Of a stretch of DNA of 43,088 nt, positions 28,633 through 37,589 are shown one piece after another (the stretch's first letter is position 1; the number at the start of each line of letters is the position of its first letter). Made by a program: the position numbers and the translations under genes. The stretch is from positions 1-43,088 of IMG/VR virus record IMGVR_UViG_3300005468_000008, one strand, 5' to 3'. The notes beneath the pieces were generated by a model that did no database searches, was not told where the DNA came from, and was given only the letters and a program-made list of their open reading frames with translations. This DNA is from a virus.

Positions 28633-31600
28633 TTATTCTCCTGACCGCGAGACTCGCGGCCTTGTCCGACCGAAATACTCCACCGAGGCTATCTGGAACA
28701 CGCTCCCAGAGGAAAGCCGTTCACGGCTCGATGCCGCGTTATTGTATTCAATTTTGAATGATTGTCCCACCCTCTTGACGTAGGGGGTGAACTTGAGGAC
28801 AAGTCTTGTTGCGGACACACTCTGGGCGGTGGTATCCAAGCCTTCGGCGTTCTCATTTTTGATGTCCACTTCCAAATTACCCGTCATTGTGGAACTTGCA
28901 CCGGCAGAGTCCTTAAAACTCCGGTTGATGACCACCTTACTCAGCAACGCCTCAACACTCTCCCCGTCAAACAAGAGGTCGCCGGTGTTGAAGTGTGGAA
29001 CGATGGCCGTCCCGTTGTCGCTGTATGTGAATGGGTACGCCCCAGCACTGTATGACCGCGTAAGACGATATGTGTTGGGGGAAGTCTCGGTGGACGTCCC
29101 TAAAATATGGCCATTCCTTAATTGAGTTACCCACCGGAAGGACAGTGTGGGGACACCAGCGAAGGCGGTCTCCTTGAGTGAAATCTTTGACCACAACCCC
29201 TGATGGAAAAGGTATTGCTTGTCGGTGAAATCGACAGACGCCTTCGTGTTGTCAAAGAGGAATAAGACACTCTTGAGTTCCGGGAGGTAGACGACTGTTG
29301 CCGACTCCTTGTTGGCCGAACTGATCTTCGATGGCGTTCGGTAGGTGTCGAGCCAATCGTTCTTGTCGGGCCTCTCGATAATCGGGGTGAGGTTGCCCTC
29401 CCGGAAGGCGTAGATGTCGTCGTATCCGGGGAAGTAGATGATCCCCACGTCGTCCTTTGTCCACCCGTTCACTGTTGACGCGCCCACATCCTTGCTCTCG
29501 ATTGTCTGGACAAGATCAATCAGTTGGCCGATCACAACAATCCTGGCCCTGATGACCCCGCGCTCCTTGAGAACGATGAACTCGTCTACCCCGGAGGGGA
29601 TGATGGCGTTGACCTTTGTTCCCACCATGGGATCAACACGCAGGAGGTAGACACCCTCCTCGTTGGAGAAGATGTCGGGCTGTATGACCCCACTATTGAG
29701 GTCAACCGCACCACCAACAGGATTTGTGAATACATGGTCACGGTCAACCATCGTTTGTGAGACAATGTAAGCGTTTGCAATCAGCCTCCGGGAAGACACG
29801 ATTTCCTCGGTAGAATAGGCGTACATGATGTCGGGGGTGTCGATGTTGTACCCCGAATCAGTCTGGAACGTCTCTCCCCCAATACCAAAGAGGTTCCCAT
29901 CCACAACGATACTCTGTGTGAACCTGCCTGTTGATCCGGTGAACGTCCACCCGGAGGCGTACTTGTCGGCTTGGGTCAGCGATACGGTAGCGAGATATTG
30001 GTACGGGTTCTTCCTGACCGTCGCCTGTCCGTCGTCCTGGGCGATATAGATGCGTATTCCCGTCACCCGTTTGTTGAGTGTGGCAAGGGAGAACGACAGG
30101 TTGACGGTCAGGCCCCCCGTTCCATCGGGGAGGTAGTTGTTCGTCCAATGACCCGAGGCAACACTGTAATCAGACACCGTTTCCCACTTGGTCGGTTTGC
30201 CGATCTGGAACCCGTCGTAGATGAGCGCGGTGGCGAGCCAGTACGTCTTGGCGGTCGGGAGGGCAACGGCCTCGGGATCGACGTACTGATAATCCAACTT
30301 CATCCATGCTAAGTCAACGGCATTTGTCGAAGCGTTGGCGCGGTCGAAGCGAATCATAAACTTCTGGATACTTGCCAGATCACCAAGGGCGGAATTATTG
30401 ATAACGATGGTTTGAGTGGTGAACCCAGCCACTCCAAGAGACAAATAATCGGTCGCTGAAAATTCAAGGTTCGCGCCGCCTCTAGCAATAAATAATTGAA
30501 CGCGGAGTGACGCGGTTGAATTAACGCGATAGCGAAACGTAATCGTCAACGTCCCCTGATTGTGGAGCAGGTGCGTCAGGGGGGCAAACTCGATTTGAAG
30601 CCCAGTGTTAAACCCCAGGGCTGTTTGTGTTGATGCGGCAGTCAGATAGTCGGCATCATTGGTGGATGGCCCATCGTCAATCGCCGTATGAAGTTGTCCC
30701 GCTGTGCCACCAGTCTGAGTCCAAGTCCCAGCACCAGCCGCCCCGGAAGCGAACGCATACACCGGATCGCCACGTTCCTCAAGGAACCCACCGTTTGACA
30801 TGGTGAACTTGGTGCTCCCGAGAACGTCGGTCTCGCTCTTGCACTCCCTCTCAGCCGCGTATGTCCCGTCGAAGGCCAGAGTCCTCGTATGGGACGGCAG
30901 GAACGAGCGGGTGAGTCTGGGTGTGATGTGGATGCCCCGCAAGCCCCGCGTTGTGCCCTGACCACCAGAAAGACGGAGAATACTATTCTCGGCGTTGACG
31001 GTCGGCGGATTGGCCTTGTCGTCGTTGTAGGTTGGTGCAAAATACCTAATCAGGTATGTGTTTGTAACAACCCAAGAAAGTGTGGACGGGTTGCCCGAGA
31101 GTGTGAAGGTCGATGTTCCAGCCGCCGCCGCGTCGTACTGGTAGTCGCTGATGAGAAGCCGCTCGGTCTGCGTGACATTAACGAGCGTCCACCCATCGTA
31201 GAAGTCGTCGGTCGAGGAGAGGCCGAGCGCATCGGAGCCGGTGATGATTACCTGTGTCGAGGACACACTACCGGCGGCCCCGGTGAACACCTTGATCGCG
31301 GGGATGTTCTCGTGGAAGTTCCAGTAAAGCACAATATCGTCTGTGCCCGTCCAGTTAAGTCCGGTAGCGTCTACGTCTTCAACCAGGGTCAGGATCGGTG
31401 ACGCCCCACCCGTAGAGGTCTTCACCTGTGCGGTTTCACCCTGTGTGATATTGCGAACACTCCACCCGTTATAGTAACTTGTGGCTGTATTGTATCCGGC
31501 TGGCGCAGATGCCCATTGCATCTGGTTCGCCGTCGGCATGGTGAAAGTGTCAGTTACGAGCAACTGGTAGTCCAGTGGGATTATTTCGGTGTTCCTCGAC

Positions 31601-31914
31601 GTTCCTATGTAGTGCGGAGAAATCCAAATCCTCTTATCCGAGTTGTCCGTGAAATACAGATGTTCGTCGTCGTCCTGGGGGTTCTGGATGGGCTTGGTAA
31701 TCAGGATTTCCGTACCCGTGGGTATGGTGATCCCACCATGCGACACATCGTATATCTCGTAGCCCGTCCTGATGCGACCTATCCCATCACTAAGGTTGGG
31801 GACAAGATTCACCAATGACTGAAACGCACCCGGCAGTCGTTCCTTAACGACCCGCGTAGCGTCGGCAAGCCACGCTTTCGTGATTTTCAGTAAAGGTTTC
31901 TCGGCTATCTTCAT
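28633..31914 (-). CDS. Large virion structural protein (nozzle / tail-tubular-B-like by position)
   Basis: The 1093-aa ORF is the largest gene. It lies downstream of adaptor-like genes in a T7-like order. No motif recognised. Confidence 0.7.
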   Translation of the reverse strand: MKIAEKPLLKITKAWLADATRVVKERLPGAFQSLVNLVPNLSDGIGRIRTGYEIYDVSHGGITIPTGTEILITKPIQNPQDDDEHLYFTDNSDKRIWISPHYIGTSRNTEIIPLDYQLLVTDTFTMPTANQMQWASAPAGYNTATSYYNGWSVRNITQGETAQVKTSTGGASPILTLVEDVDATGLNWTGTDDIVLYWNFHENIPAIKVFTGAAGSVSSTQVIITGSDALGLSSTDDFYDGWTLVNVTQTERLLISDYQYDAAAAGTSTFTLSGNPSTLSWVVTNTYLIRYFAPTYNDDKANPPTVNAENSILRLSGGQGTTRGLRGIHITPRLTRSFLPSHTRTLAFDGTYAAERECKSETDVLGSTKFTMSNGGFLEERGDPVYAFASGAAGAGTWTQTGGTAGQLHTAIDDGPSTNDADYLTAASTQTALGFNTGLQIEFAPLTHLLHNQGTLTITFRYRVNSTASLRVQLFIARGGANLEFSATDYLSLGVAGFTTQTIVINNSALGDLASIQKFMIRFDRANASTNAVDLAWMKLDYQYVDPEAVALPTAKTYWLATALIYDGFQIGKPTKWETVSDYSVASGHWTNNYLPDGTGGLTVNLSFSLATLNKRVTGIRIYIAQDDGQATVRKNPYQYLATVSLTQADKYASGWTFTGSTGRFTQSIVVDGNLFGIGGETFQTDSGYNIDTPDIMYAYSTEEIVSSRRLIANAYIVSQTMVDRDHVFTNPVGGAVDLNSGVIQPDIFSNEEGVYLLRVDPMVGTKVNAIIPSGVDEFIVLKERGVIRARIVVIGQLIDLVQTIESKDVGASTVNGWTKDDVGIIYFPGYDDIYAFREGNLTPIIERPDKNDWLDTYRTPSKISSANKESATVVYLPELKSVLFLFDNTKASVDFTDKQYLFHQGLWSKISLKETAFAGVPTLSFRWVTQLRNGHILGTSTETSPNTYRLTRSYSAGAYPFTYSDNGTAIVPHFNTGDLLFDGESVEALLSKVVINRSFKDSAGASSTMTGNLEVDIKNENAEGLDTTAQSVSATRLVLKFTPYVKRVGQSFKIEYNNAASSRERLSSGSVFQIASVEYFGRTRPRVSRSGE

Positions 31915-32565
31915 TTAACCGGCCTTGCCCCCGTTTAGTGCGCCCTCTGCCCCCAGAATCTTGGCAAGCGTGATCTTGACACGCTCGGCCCTGATTGGGA
32001 GCGACCCCAAATCCCCGATCTCGGAGAAGTAGAGCCCGCAAGCCATATCAACCACCGTATCCCACCACACACTCGGGATGCTCACATCGGTTGTCCCCTG
32101 AATCCCCTCGTCTTTCTTGAGGTGGTAGAAGGTGCCTGTGCCGGACGAAAGGATTGTCCCTGCGTCGTAGGCGTATATCTTGTCGGCCTCCACCACGAAC
32201 GCCGCATCTCCAATATGGGGGATCGTGTCATTGTCGAGGTCGTCCTTCCTGGGGTGGTAAGTGAACCGCTTGGTTGACCCGGACTTCGTGAGGGCCAACG
32301 GCATATTGTTGTACGTTGATTCAGGCGTGACGCCAGCCGAAGCGAACGTCACCGCCTGGGTGTCAACGAGCGGTTGAAATATGGTTCTCGCTTTGGCCTT
32401 GTCCACCAATGAGTAAACAAGGTGAACGAAGTCATTGATGGCCCGGTTGATGTAGTCGCTACGCTGGGCTACGGTGAGTGTGGTGCCAGCCGCGCTTGCG
32501 GCGGCGGGGTCTTCAATCGCTCGGGCGAACCGCAGATGAATTTCGTCGAAGTTTGCCGACGGCAT
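31915..32565 (-). CDS. Virion structural protein (adaptor / tail-tubular-A-like by position)
   Basis: 216 aa. It directly abuts the downstream large gene. Confidence 0.6.
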   Translation of the reverse strand: MPSANFDEIHLRFARAIEDPAAASAAGTTLTVAQRSDYINRAINDFVHLVYSLVDKAKARTIFQPLVDTQAVTFASAGVTPESTYNNMPLALTKSGSTKRFTYHPRKDDLDNDTIPHIGDAAFVVEADKIYAYDAGTILSSGTGTFYHLKKDEGIQGTTDVSIPSVWWDTVVDMACGLYFSEIGDLGSLPIRAERVKITLAKILGAEGALNGGKAG

Positions 32566-32575
32566 CTAGTGATCC

Positions 32576-33529
32576 TTAAAATTCGTGGAAGAATATCTGG
32601 TGAGGCACAGACTTGCGCGTTCTCTGCACACCGATTGCCCTGCCAATCTCGTTGGAATACGCCTGAGAGTAGTACCCAATCTGGTCTGAGCCCACCACCG
32701 GAGCGAGTTCGGCGGTTGCACCGTAGAACAACGCGGCGTCGAAGTGTGAAGGTGTCTCAGGTTCTGCCGATGCCGAGATGTTCGTCGTCGGAATCTTGTA
32801 GTAGTAGATGACGTAGGTGGCGTTGGCAATCGGCTCCGGGTAGAACGTGATGACGTTGTTGTAGAGCGAGAAGAACAACGGACTCTGACCCGTTGATGTC
32901 AGGGGCTCGCGCTCGAAGGCGTCCCTATTGATCGGTGATACCTCCTCAAGCTGGAACTGGAACGACGCCGGTAACTGGATGTAGCGCATCCTAAAGAAGC
33001 CGGAAGACGTTGCACCAGCCGGGTTCTCGATGGAACTTGCCACCGAGAGAACGATGAACCGCACCAGCGTGTTGTCTGAGGTGGATTTGAGCGTCATGCC
33101 GGTCAGGGACTGAGAGACAATCGTGATCTCCTCATTTGTCGCGCCCGTCCCGCCAATCCTCGCCTCCTGAACAACGAAGCGGTACGAGGGAACCGTGGCC
33201 CCATAGGAATCAACGTATGTCTGCGTGAAAGCCTTGTCCCACACAAACGCCGTGTTGGTGGAATTGATTATCACGTCCGTCCGGTTGCTCACGGTGCCGT
33301 ATTGGGCTTCGGTGAGAAGGACGCCACCAGCGGTAGCCAGATCATACGACGCACCCCCAGAGGAGATGGTGACATTCATGTTCTCTTCGAGGCACAGAGT
33401 ATCCTCTGCGATCCTGCGGGAGATGTCATCCATCGTCTGAAAGATAATGCTATCGGTGAGCCTGTCGTCGTTGATGGCCCCCAAGGTGGCCCTGATGCGA
33501 CCCGATATTTTGGTGCTACGGTTTGCCAT
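32576..33529 (-). CDS. Virion structural protein (head-tail connector/adaptor-like by position)
   Basis: 317-aa ORF that follows a hairpin at 33571-33588. Confidence 0.6.
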   Translation of the reverse strand: MANRSTKISGRIRATLGAINDDRLTDSIIFQTMDDISRRIAEDTLCLEENMNVTISSGGASYDLATAGGVLLTEAQYGTVSNRTDVIINSTNTAFVWDKAFTQTYVDSYGATVPSYRFVVQEARIGGTGATNEEITIVSQSLTGMTLKSTSDNTLVRFIVLSVASSIENPAGATSSGFFRMRYIQLPASFQFQLEEVSPINRDAFEREPLTSTGQSPLFFSLYNNVITFYPEPIANATYVIYYYKIPTTNISASAEPETPSHFDAALFYGATAELAPVVGSDQIGYYSQAYSNEIGRAIGVQRTRKSVPHQIFFHEF

Positions 33530-33570
33530 TTAGGAATCTGTCCTTTTAAAAAGGATACAATAGTCCTCAT

Positions 33571-33588
33571 GGGTGAGTCTCCTCACCC
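33571..33588 (-). terminator. Stem-loop after the capsid-proximal gene block (possible attenuating terminator)
   Basis: GGGTGAG-TCTC-CTCACCC, a 7-bp stem, lies 13 nt downstream (transcript sense) of the 33601 stop. A second palindrome, TCCTTTTTAAAAGGA, follows. Confidence 0.4.
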
Positions 33589-33600
33589 ACAAGGAGGAAG

Positions 33601-34041
33601 CTAGTTCAGGAGCCTGATGTAAAACCTGACCGTCGCGCCCGTCACAAGCGTGGTAGCGGTGATGTAGTTGATCTCGAACTTGATCTGATCGTAACCACCA
33701 ACGGTCGCAATCGGAAGATTCGCAATCAACTGGTCTCCACCGGAACCCGCGAGTTGCAGGGTGTCCGCGAGAACAAACGCGGTCTCAAGCCCGGTGACGG
33801 ACTCCTTGAGCATGTAAGAAACGATAACATACGCGCTATCGGTAGCCGACCCCAGGATCACGATGTTGTCGGCGGGAGCGAACTGCCGGTACACCGTGGT
33901 GTCGGTTGCCGAAGAAGCGACGTAGTTAAGCTTCTTGTAAACCTCCGTCGTTACGTTCTGGGTGGGAATCACCTGGGCCGTCGCCAGCGACGTCCAGAGA
34001 AATCCCGCCAGAATGAACGCCAGCGTGAACTTGTTTTTCAT
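33601..34041 (-). CDS. Secreted small beta-rich protein (signal peptide)
   Basis: The 146-aa protein starts with MKNKFTLAFILAGFLWTSLATA followed by QV. AAGGAAAG lies upstream. It looks distantly similar to ORF 41662-42117. Confidence 0.7.
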   Translation of the reverse strand: MKNKFTLAFILAGFLWTSLATAQVIPTQNVTTEVYKKLNYVASSATDTTVYRQFAPADNIVILGSATDSAYVIVSYMLKESVTGLETAFVLADTLQLAGSGGDQLIANLPIATVGGYDQIKFEINYITATTLVTGATVRFYIRLLN

Positions 34042-34435
34042 CTTTCTTTCCTTCTTTTTTATAAGCGTTGTGAACTCGTTTGGCGTGGTTCATAAGTGCG
34101 ATAGCTTTCTCGAACTCTTCACCACACTGTTTACATCGGAGCATCTTAGTGTACGGTCTCACGACTCCTTCGGTATGGAACGCCCTGTTGTGAGCGGCAA
34201 GTGCCATAGGCAACTTGAACCCCAAATCACACTTCGGACAATAAAGGGGGGCAGTTACTTCACCCCCCCTAAACATACCAGAGAAACGAGAATCCCGCAG
34301 TATCCTACTGGCCACACCATCCGGGAGATCGAGGTACGGGTGGAAGTCGTACTTCCTTGTCCGCAACGCTCCCCGGCGTGCCCGTAAGGACACCGAAAAA
34401 CCATCAGACGTGCCGATGTATGTTACTCTGACCAT
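33926..34435 (-). CDS. Tandem classical C2H2 zinc-finger protein
   Basis: Two fingers, YCPKCDLGFKLPMALAAHNRAFH and RCKQCGEEFEKAIALMNHAKRVH, both fit C-x2-C-x3-F-x5-L-x2-H-x4-H. TAATG overlap with the HNH gene. The 3-prime 116 nt overlap the next gene out of frame. Confidence 0.7.
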   Translation of the reverse strand: MVRVTYIGTSDGFSVSLRARRGALRTRKYDFHPYLDLPDGVASRILRDSRFSGMFRGGEVTAPLYCPKCDLGFKLPMALAAHNRAFHTEGVVRPYTKMLRCKQCGEEFEKAIALMNHAKRVHNAYKKEGKKDEKQVHAGVHSGGISLDVAGDGPGDSHPERNDGGLQEA

Positions 34436-35400
34436 TACGACCAGGTAGTCGGGATGGTAGCCGCCGTCGAGTGCGTGTAGAGAATCGCAGACGACTGGTT
34501 GACGACTGTGGAATCAACCCCGGAGTCCTGCGAGAGCGCGTAGTCCGCCCTGCGATCACCGTAGATCGAACCACCGGCAAACCCCATGAGGTTGCCGTAA
34601 TCCATATTGTTACTACCGCTTTGGTCTGGGGAAACTTGAGCGGCGGGAACCACATTTCTGAGTTCCTCTTGCGTTTCATTTATATCGCAAGATCGGACTA
34701 TTGCATCCCATTGCTGGGTCTTCTCGTTTAGTCTCTCACGGTGGCTCACGCCTTCCGCCTCGTTGTCCCGTCGGACTTTCGAGTCAATTAGAGAAGATTT
34801 ATAGAGGACAATTATATCCTTAGAGTTCTTCCATTCCAAAAGGGTCTTATCGCGCTTACTCCAGTTACATTCCTTGCAAACTACCGCAAGATTTGTAATG
34901 TCGCCCGATCCACCTTTTGAAACTGGAAGAATGTGGTCTATGTGATACTGAGTGATTTCCTTTGCACAATACTTGCATTTGCCGTCCCACTCGCCTAGAA
35001 GTTTCACGATGGCCGCCTTGGTCGGCTGATACTGACCAAATTTCACACGACGAGCGTGTTGGTTGGCGCGGTTCATAATCGCGTACTCTTCTTTGTGTTC
35101 TGCAATCCAGCGACGAGTCGCGGCCCGATGTTTCTCCGGGTTAGCGGCCCTTTTGGCTGTTTGACGAGCAAGTATTGAGTCCCGGTTCTTCAAGTAGGAA
35201 CGCCTTTTATAAAGCTTGTTGCGTTCTTTGTCGAGTTCGGGATGGAGTTTACGCCACTTCCGACAAGCCTCTGCGCCATGAGCCGACTGCCACCTCTTCT
35301 TTGCGGACATCTCGTTGCCGGAATAACAATCACAGCAGAGAGTCCCGCGTTTGCGGAATTGGTCAACAGTTTTCTCGATATGGCACTGAGCGCAGATCAT
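34435..35400 (-). CDS. HNH endonuclease (classical HNHc) with a Cys-rich N-terminus and an unassigned C-terminal extension
   Basis: CKYCAKEITQYHIDHILPVSKGGSGDITNLAVVCKECNWSKRDK is a canonical HNH motif. TAATG overlap with the capsid gene stop. Confidence 0.85.
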   Translation of the reverse strand: MICAQCHIEKTVDQFRKRGTLCCDCYSGNEMSAKKRWQSAHGAEACRKWRKLHPELDKERNKLYKRRSYLKNRDSILARQTAKRAANPEKHRAATRRWIAEHKEEYAIMNRANQHARRVKFGQYQPTKAAIVKLLGEWDGKCKYCAKEITQYHIDHILPVSKGGSGDITNLAVVCKECNWSKRDKTLLEWKNSKDIIVLYKSSLIDSKVRRDNEAEGVSHRERLNEKTQQWDAIVRSCDINETQEELRNVVPAAQVSPDQSGSNNMDYGNLMGFAGGSIYGDRRADYALSQDSGVDSTVVNQSSAILYTHSTAATIPTTWS

Positions 35401-36524
35401 TAGGCGTACACTTCCTCGGTCAGGAAGTCCTCAATATACATCGTGCCACGTTCCTCTAAGTTGTTGTCTGATAAGGGTTTATCCTCTTTCCGACGCTCCA
35501 TGTAATTTTCAAGGCCATACGCCCTAGCAACGGCGTTTGCACCAATGAGAACATTCATGTGAACGTCGGTGGCGGAGACACCAGCACCCATCGTCGCGGC
35601 AGTCAGGTCTTCGAGCTTATTGGCCGCCACCGTGATGACGTTGTAATCGAACGACGTTTCCACGATGTTCGACTCACGCACCACGATACCAGCCCACGAA
35701 CCGATGGCGTTCTGAAATACCGGGTTGTCCTTGGAGCGCGGCATCCCATTGATGTTACCGTCCTGCCAGAGCGAGTCCGCCCGGAGAGTCCGTCCACCAC
35801 GCGGGTGAATCAGGAGGATCAGATGACCCTCGCCGTCCACGTTGATGGCCGAGATGTTCTCCTGTTGCCAGAACACACGGCACAGTTCGAGCGCGTCCGT
35901 GTCGAGCTTGTCGGTCGAGTCCACATCCGGCAACGTCGCCTTGCCCTTACCGAAAATCCGGTTAGGATGTGCGGTCGGGTCGGCTTCGGTCACACCGAGT
36001 TCCCTAAGCACGTTCGGAGAAAATCCCGAATACAGCGCAAAGAGTATTGAGCGGTCGTACTGCGACGCCAGCGAGTTGGCAAGGGCGTTCTTCGCCTCAC
36101 TCATCAGGCTGTAAGGCGAACGCTGTAACGTTGACCGCCCGTTGATCTTGACGCCCTGACGAATGTGGGCAATCTTGACCTTGACGTTGTGCATCGTGAT
36201 GCCGTCCTCGCTGTCAACCAACTGGACGTTCCCGACAACACCATCGTTGAACCATGCGGTCGTTCCGCCTCCTCCGACACCGGAGAGTTTCTTCATCAGG
36301 CCCATCGTGATCTGATCGCCGCTGTCCTTGGACAACTGCGTCTTCTGCACGATAGGCTTGTTGAGGATGTGAGCGTCAAGCGCACCTTCCCCGCCCTTGT
36401 CGGTGCCAATAAGCCCCTTAAAGACGAGAAGGTTGTTGACCTGTTCGTGAAGCAGGGTATCCCAGGCTTTGCGCGTATTCTGATGCGCACTCGCCTGTGC
36501 AAACCCCGTAGTGTAATATCCCAT
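35400..36524 (-). CDS. Major capsid protein (HK97 fold, N4-gp56-like family)
   Basis: 374 aa following the scaffold gene. Segments such as KDSGDQITMGLMKKLSG and VKIAHIRQGVKINGRSTLQRSPYSLMSEAKNALANSLASQYDRSILFALYS resemble N4-gp56-type capsid proteins. Confidence 0.85.
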   Translation of the reverse strand: MGYYTTGFAQASAHQNTRKAWDTLLHEQVNNLLVFKGLIGTDKGGEGALDAHILNKPIVQKTQLSKDSGDQITMGLMKKLSGVGGGGTTAWFNDGVVGNVQLVDSEDGITMHNVKVKIAHIRQGVKINGRSTLQRSPYSLMSEAKNALANSLASQYDRSILFALYSGFSPNVLRELGVTEADPTAHPNRIFGKGKATLPDVDSTDKLDTDALELCRVFWQQENISAINVDGEGHLILLIHPRGGRTLRADSLWQDGNINGMPRSKDNPVFQNAIGSWAGIVVRESNIVETSFDYNVITVAANKLEDLTAATMGAGVSATDVHMNVLIGANAVARAYGLENYMERRKEDKPLSDNNLEERGTMYIEDFLTEEVYA

Positions 36525-36554
36525 GACTTATTTCCTTTTTCGTTAGTTTGAGCC

Positions 36555-37529
36555 CTAGAGGGATTCCATCAGGGCTTCCTCCACTTTGGCCTTCGTGAAC
36601 TTCTTCATGGCCGAATCTGAACCATACTTTGATATATGGCCTAAGATGTCGTCCACCTTCACGCTGACCTTTGGTGCGGAGGCCGCAACAGGACTCCCAG
36701 ATTTCTGGGCCGTTTCAAGTTGTTTAGTGACCTCCTTGCGGGCGTCTTCGAGAGCTTGGGATTTCAGGTTGTCGTATTCCATGATCTTCATGACGTCGGC
36801 AAGACTCCAATCGTTAGAGCGGCCTTTGGCGTACTCCAACACCCTCTCGGGGTCTTTGTCGGGGAACTTCGACTTGAAATCCATCTTCGCTCGTTCAAGC
36901 GCGTTTTGCTGTTCCACTTGGCCTAGCCGTGCGCCGATCCTCTGGTCAATCGTCCTCTCGTAGTAAGCCTTGATGTCGGCGTCGTATTTAGCGGCACCTT
37001 CCTCGCTATACATATCGTAGGATTTACGGTCGGGGATGCCCGTCTGGTTGTAGGCTTCCAGCATCGCGGGATTGTAGTACGCTTGAGCGGCTTGCTCCAT
37101 AAAGGTGCGCAAGGTCGGGTCTTTAGCCATCTGGTCGAGAAGTTGCTGAACCGGCTTAACTTTCTCATTGACCTTGGTGTATTGACCCTGTATCTCTTTG
37201 TACCCCTTGACTATCTCGGCAACCGATTTGTAGGGAGTCTCGGTGAGAGCCTTAAACTGCTCTTCGAGTTCCTTCGCTCGGGCCGCATAGTCAATTTTCT
37301 CTTCCGGCTTGGCCTCGGGGGTAGCATCCGGGGGTGCCTCGGTCGCCTTATCCGCTACGGGAGCGGCTTCGGTGACATCATCTTTGACGCCTTTGGCGTC
37401 TTGGGTTGCGGGTTCACCAGTGGCTGAACCACCTAAAGATTGGCCGACTTCCGCTGACGGTTCCCAGCCCGCCTCCGCGTTCGTCTGCTTCTCAAGGTCT
37501 TGTTCGTTGATCTGTTGATTGTCCGGCAT
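36555..37529 (-). CDS. Scaffolding protein
   Basis: 324 aa, highly acidic and helical with coiled-coil composition. It lies between the portal and capsid genes. Confidence 0.75.
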   Translation of the reverse strand: MPDNQQINEQDLEKQTNAEAGWEPSAEVGQSLGGSATGEPATQDAKGVKDDVTEAAPVADKATEAPPDATPEAKPEEKIDYAARAKELEEQFKALTETPYKSVAEIVKGYKEIQGQYTKVNEKVKPVQQLLDQMAKDPTLRTFMEQAAQAYYNPAMLEAYNQTGIPDRKSYDMYSEEGAAKYDADIKAYYERTIDQRIGARLGQVEQQNALERAKMDFKSKFPDKDPERVLEYAKGRSNDWSLADVMKIMEYDNLKSQALEDARKEVTKQLETAQKSGSPVAASAPKVSVKVDDILGHISKYGSDSAMKKFTKAKVEEALMESL

Positions 37530-37589
37530 GGTAAAAAGTCTCTCCTAAAATATGGAATTGGTTATTTAAAGTTGGAAGTTAAAATTGCA

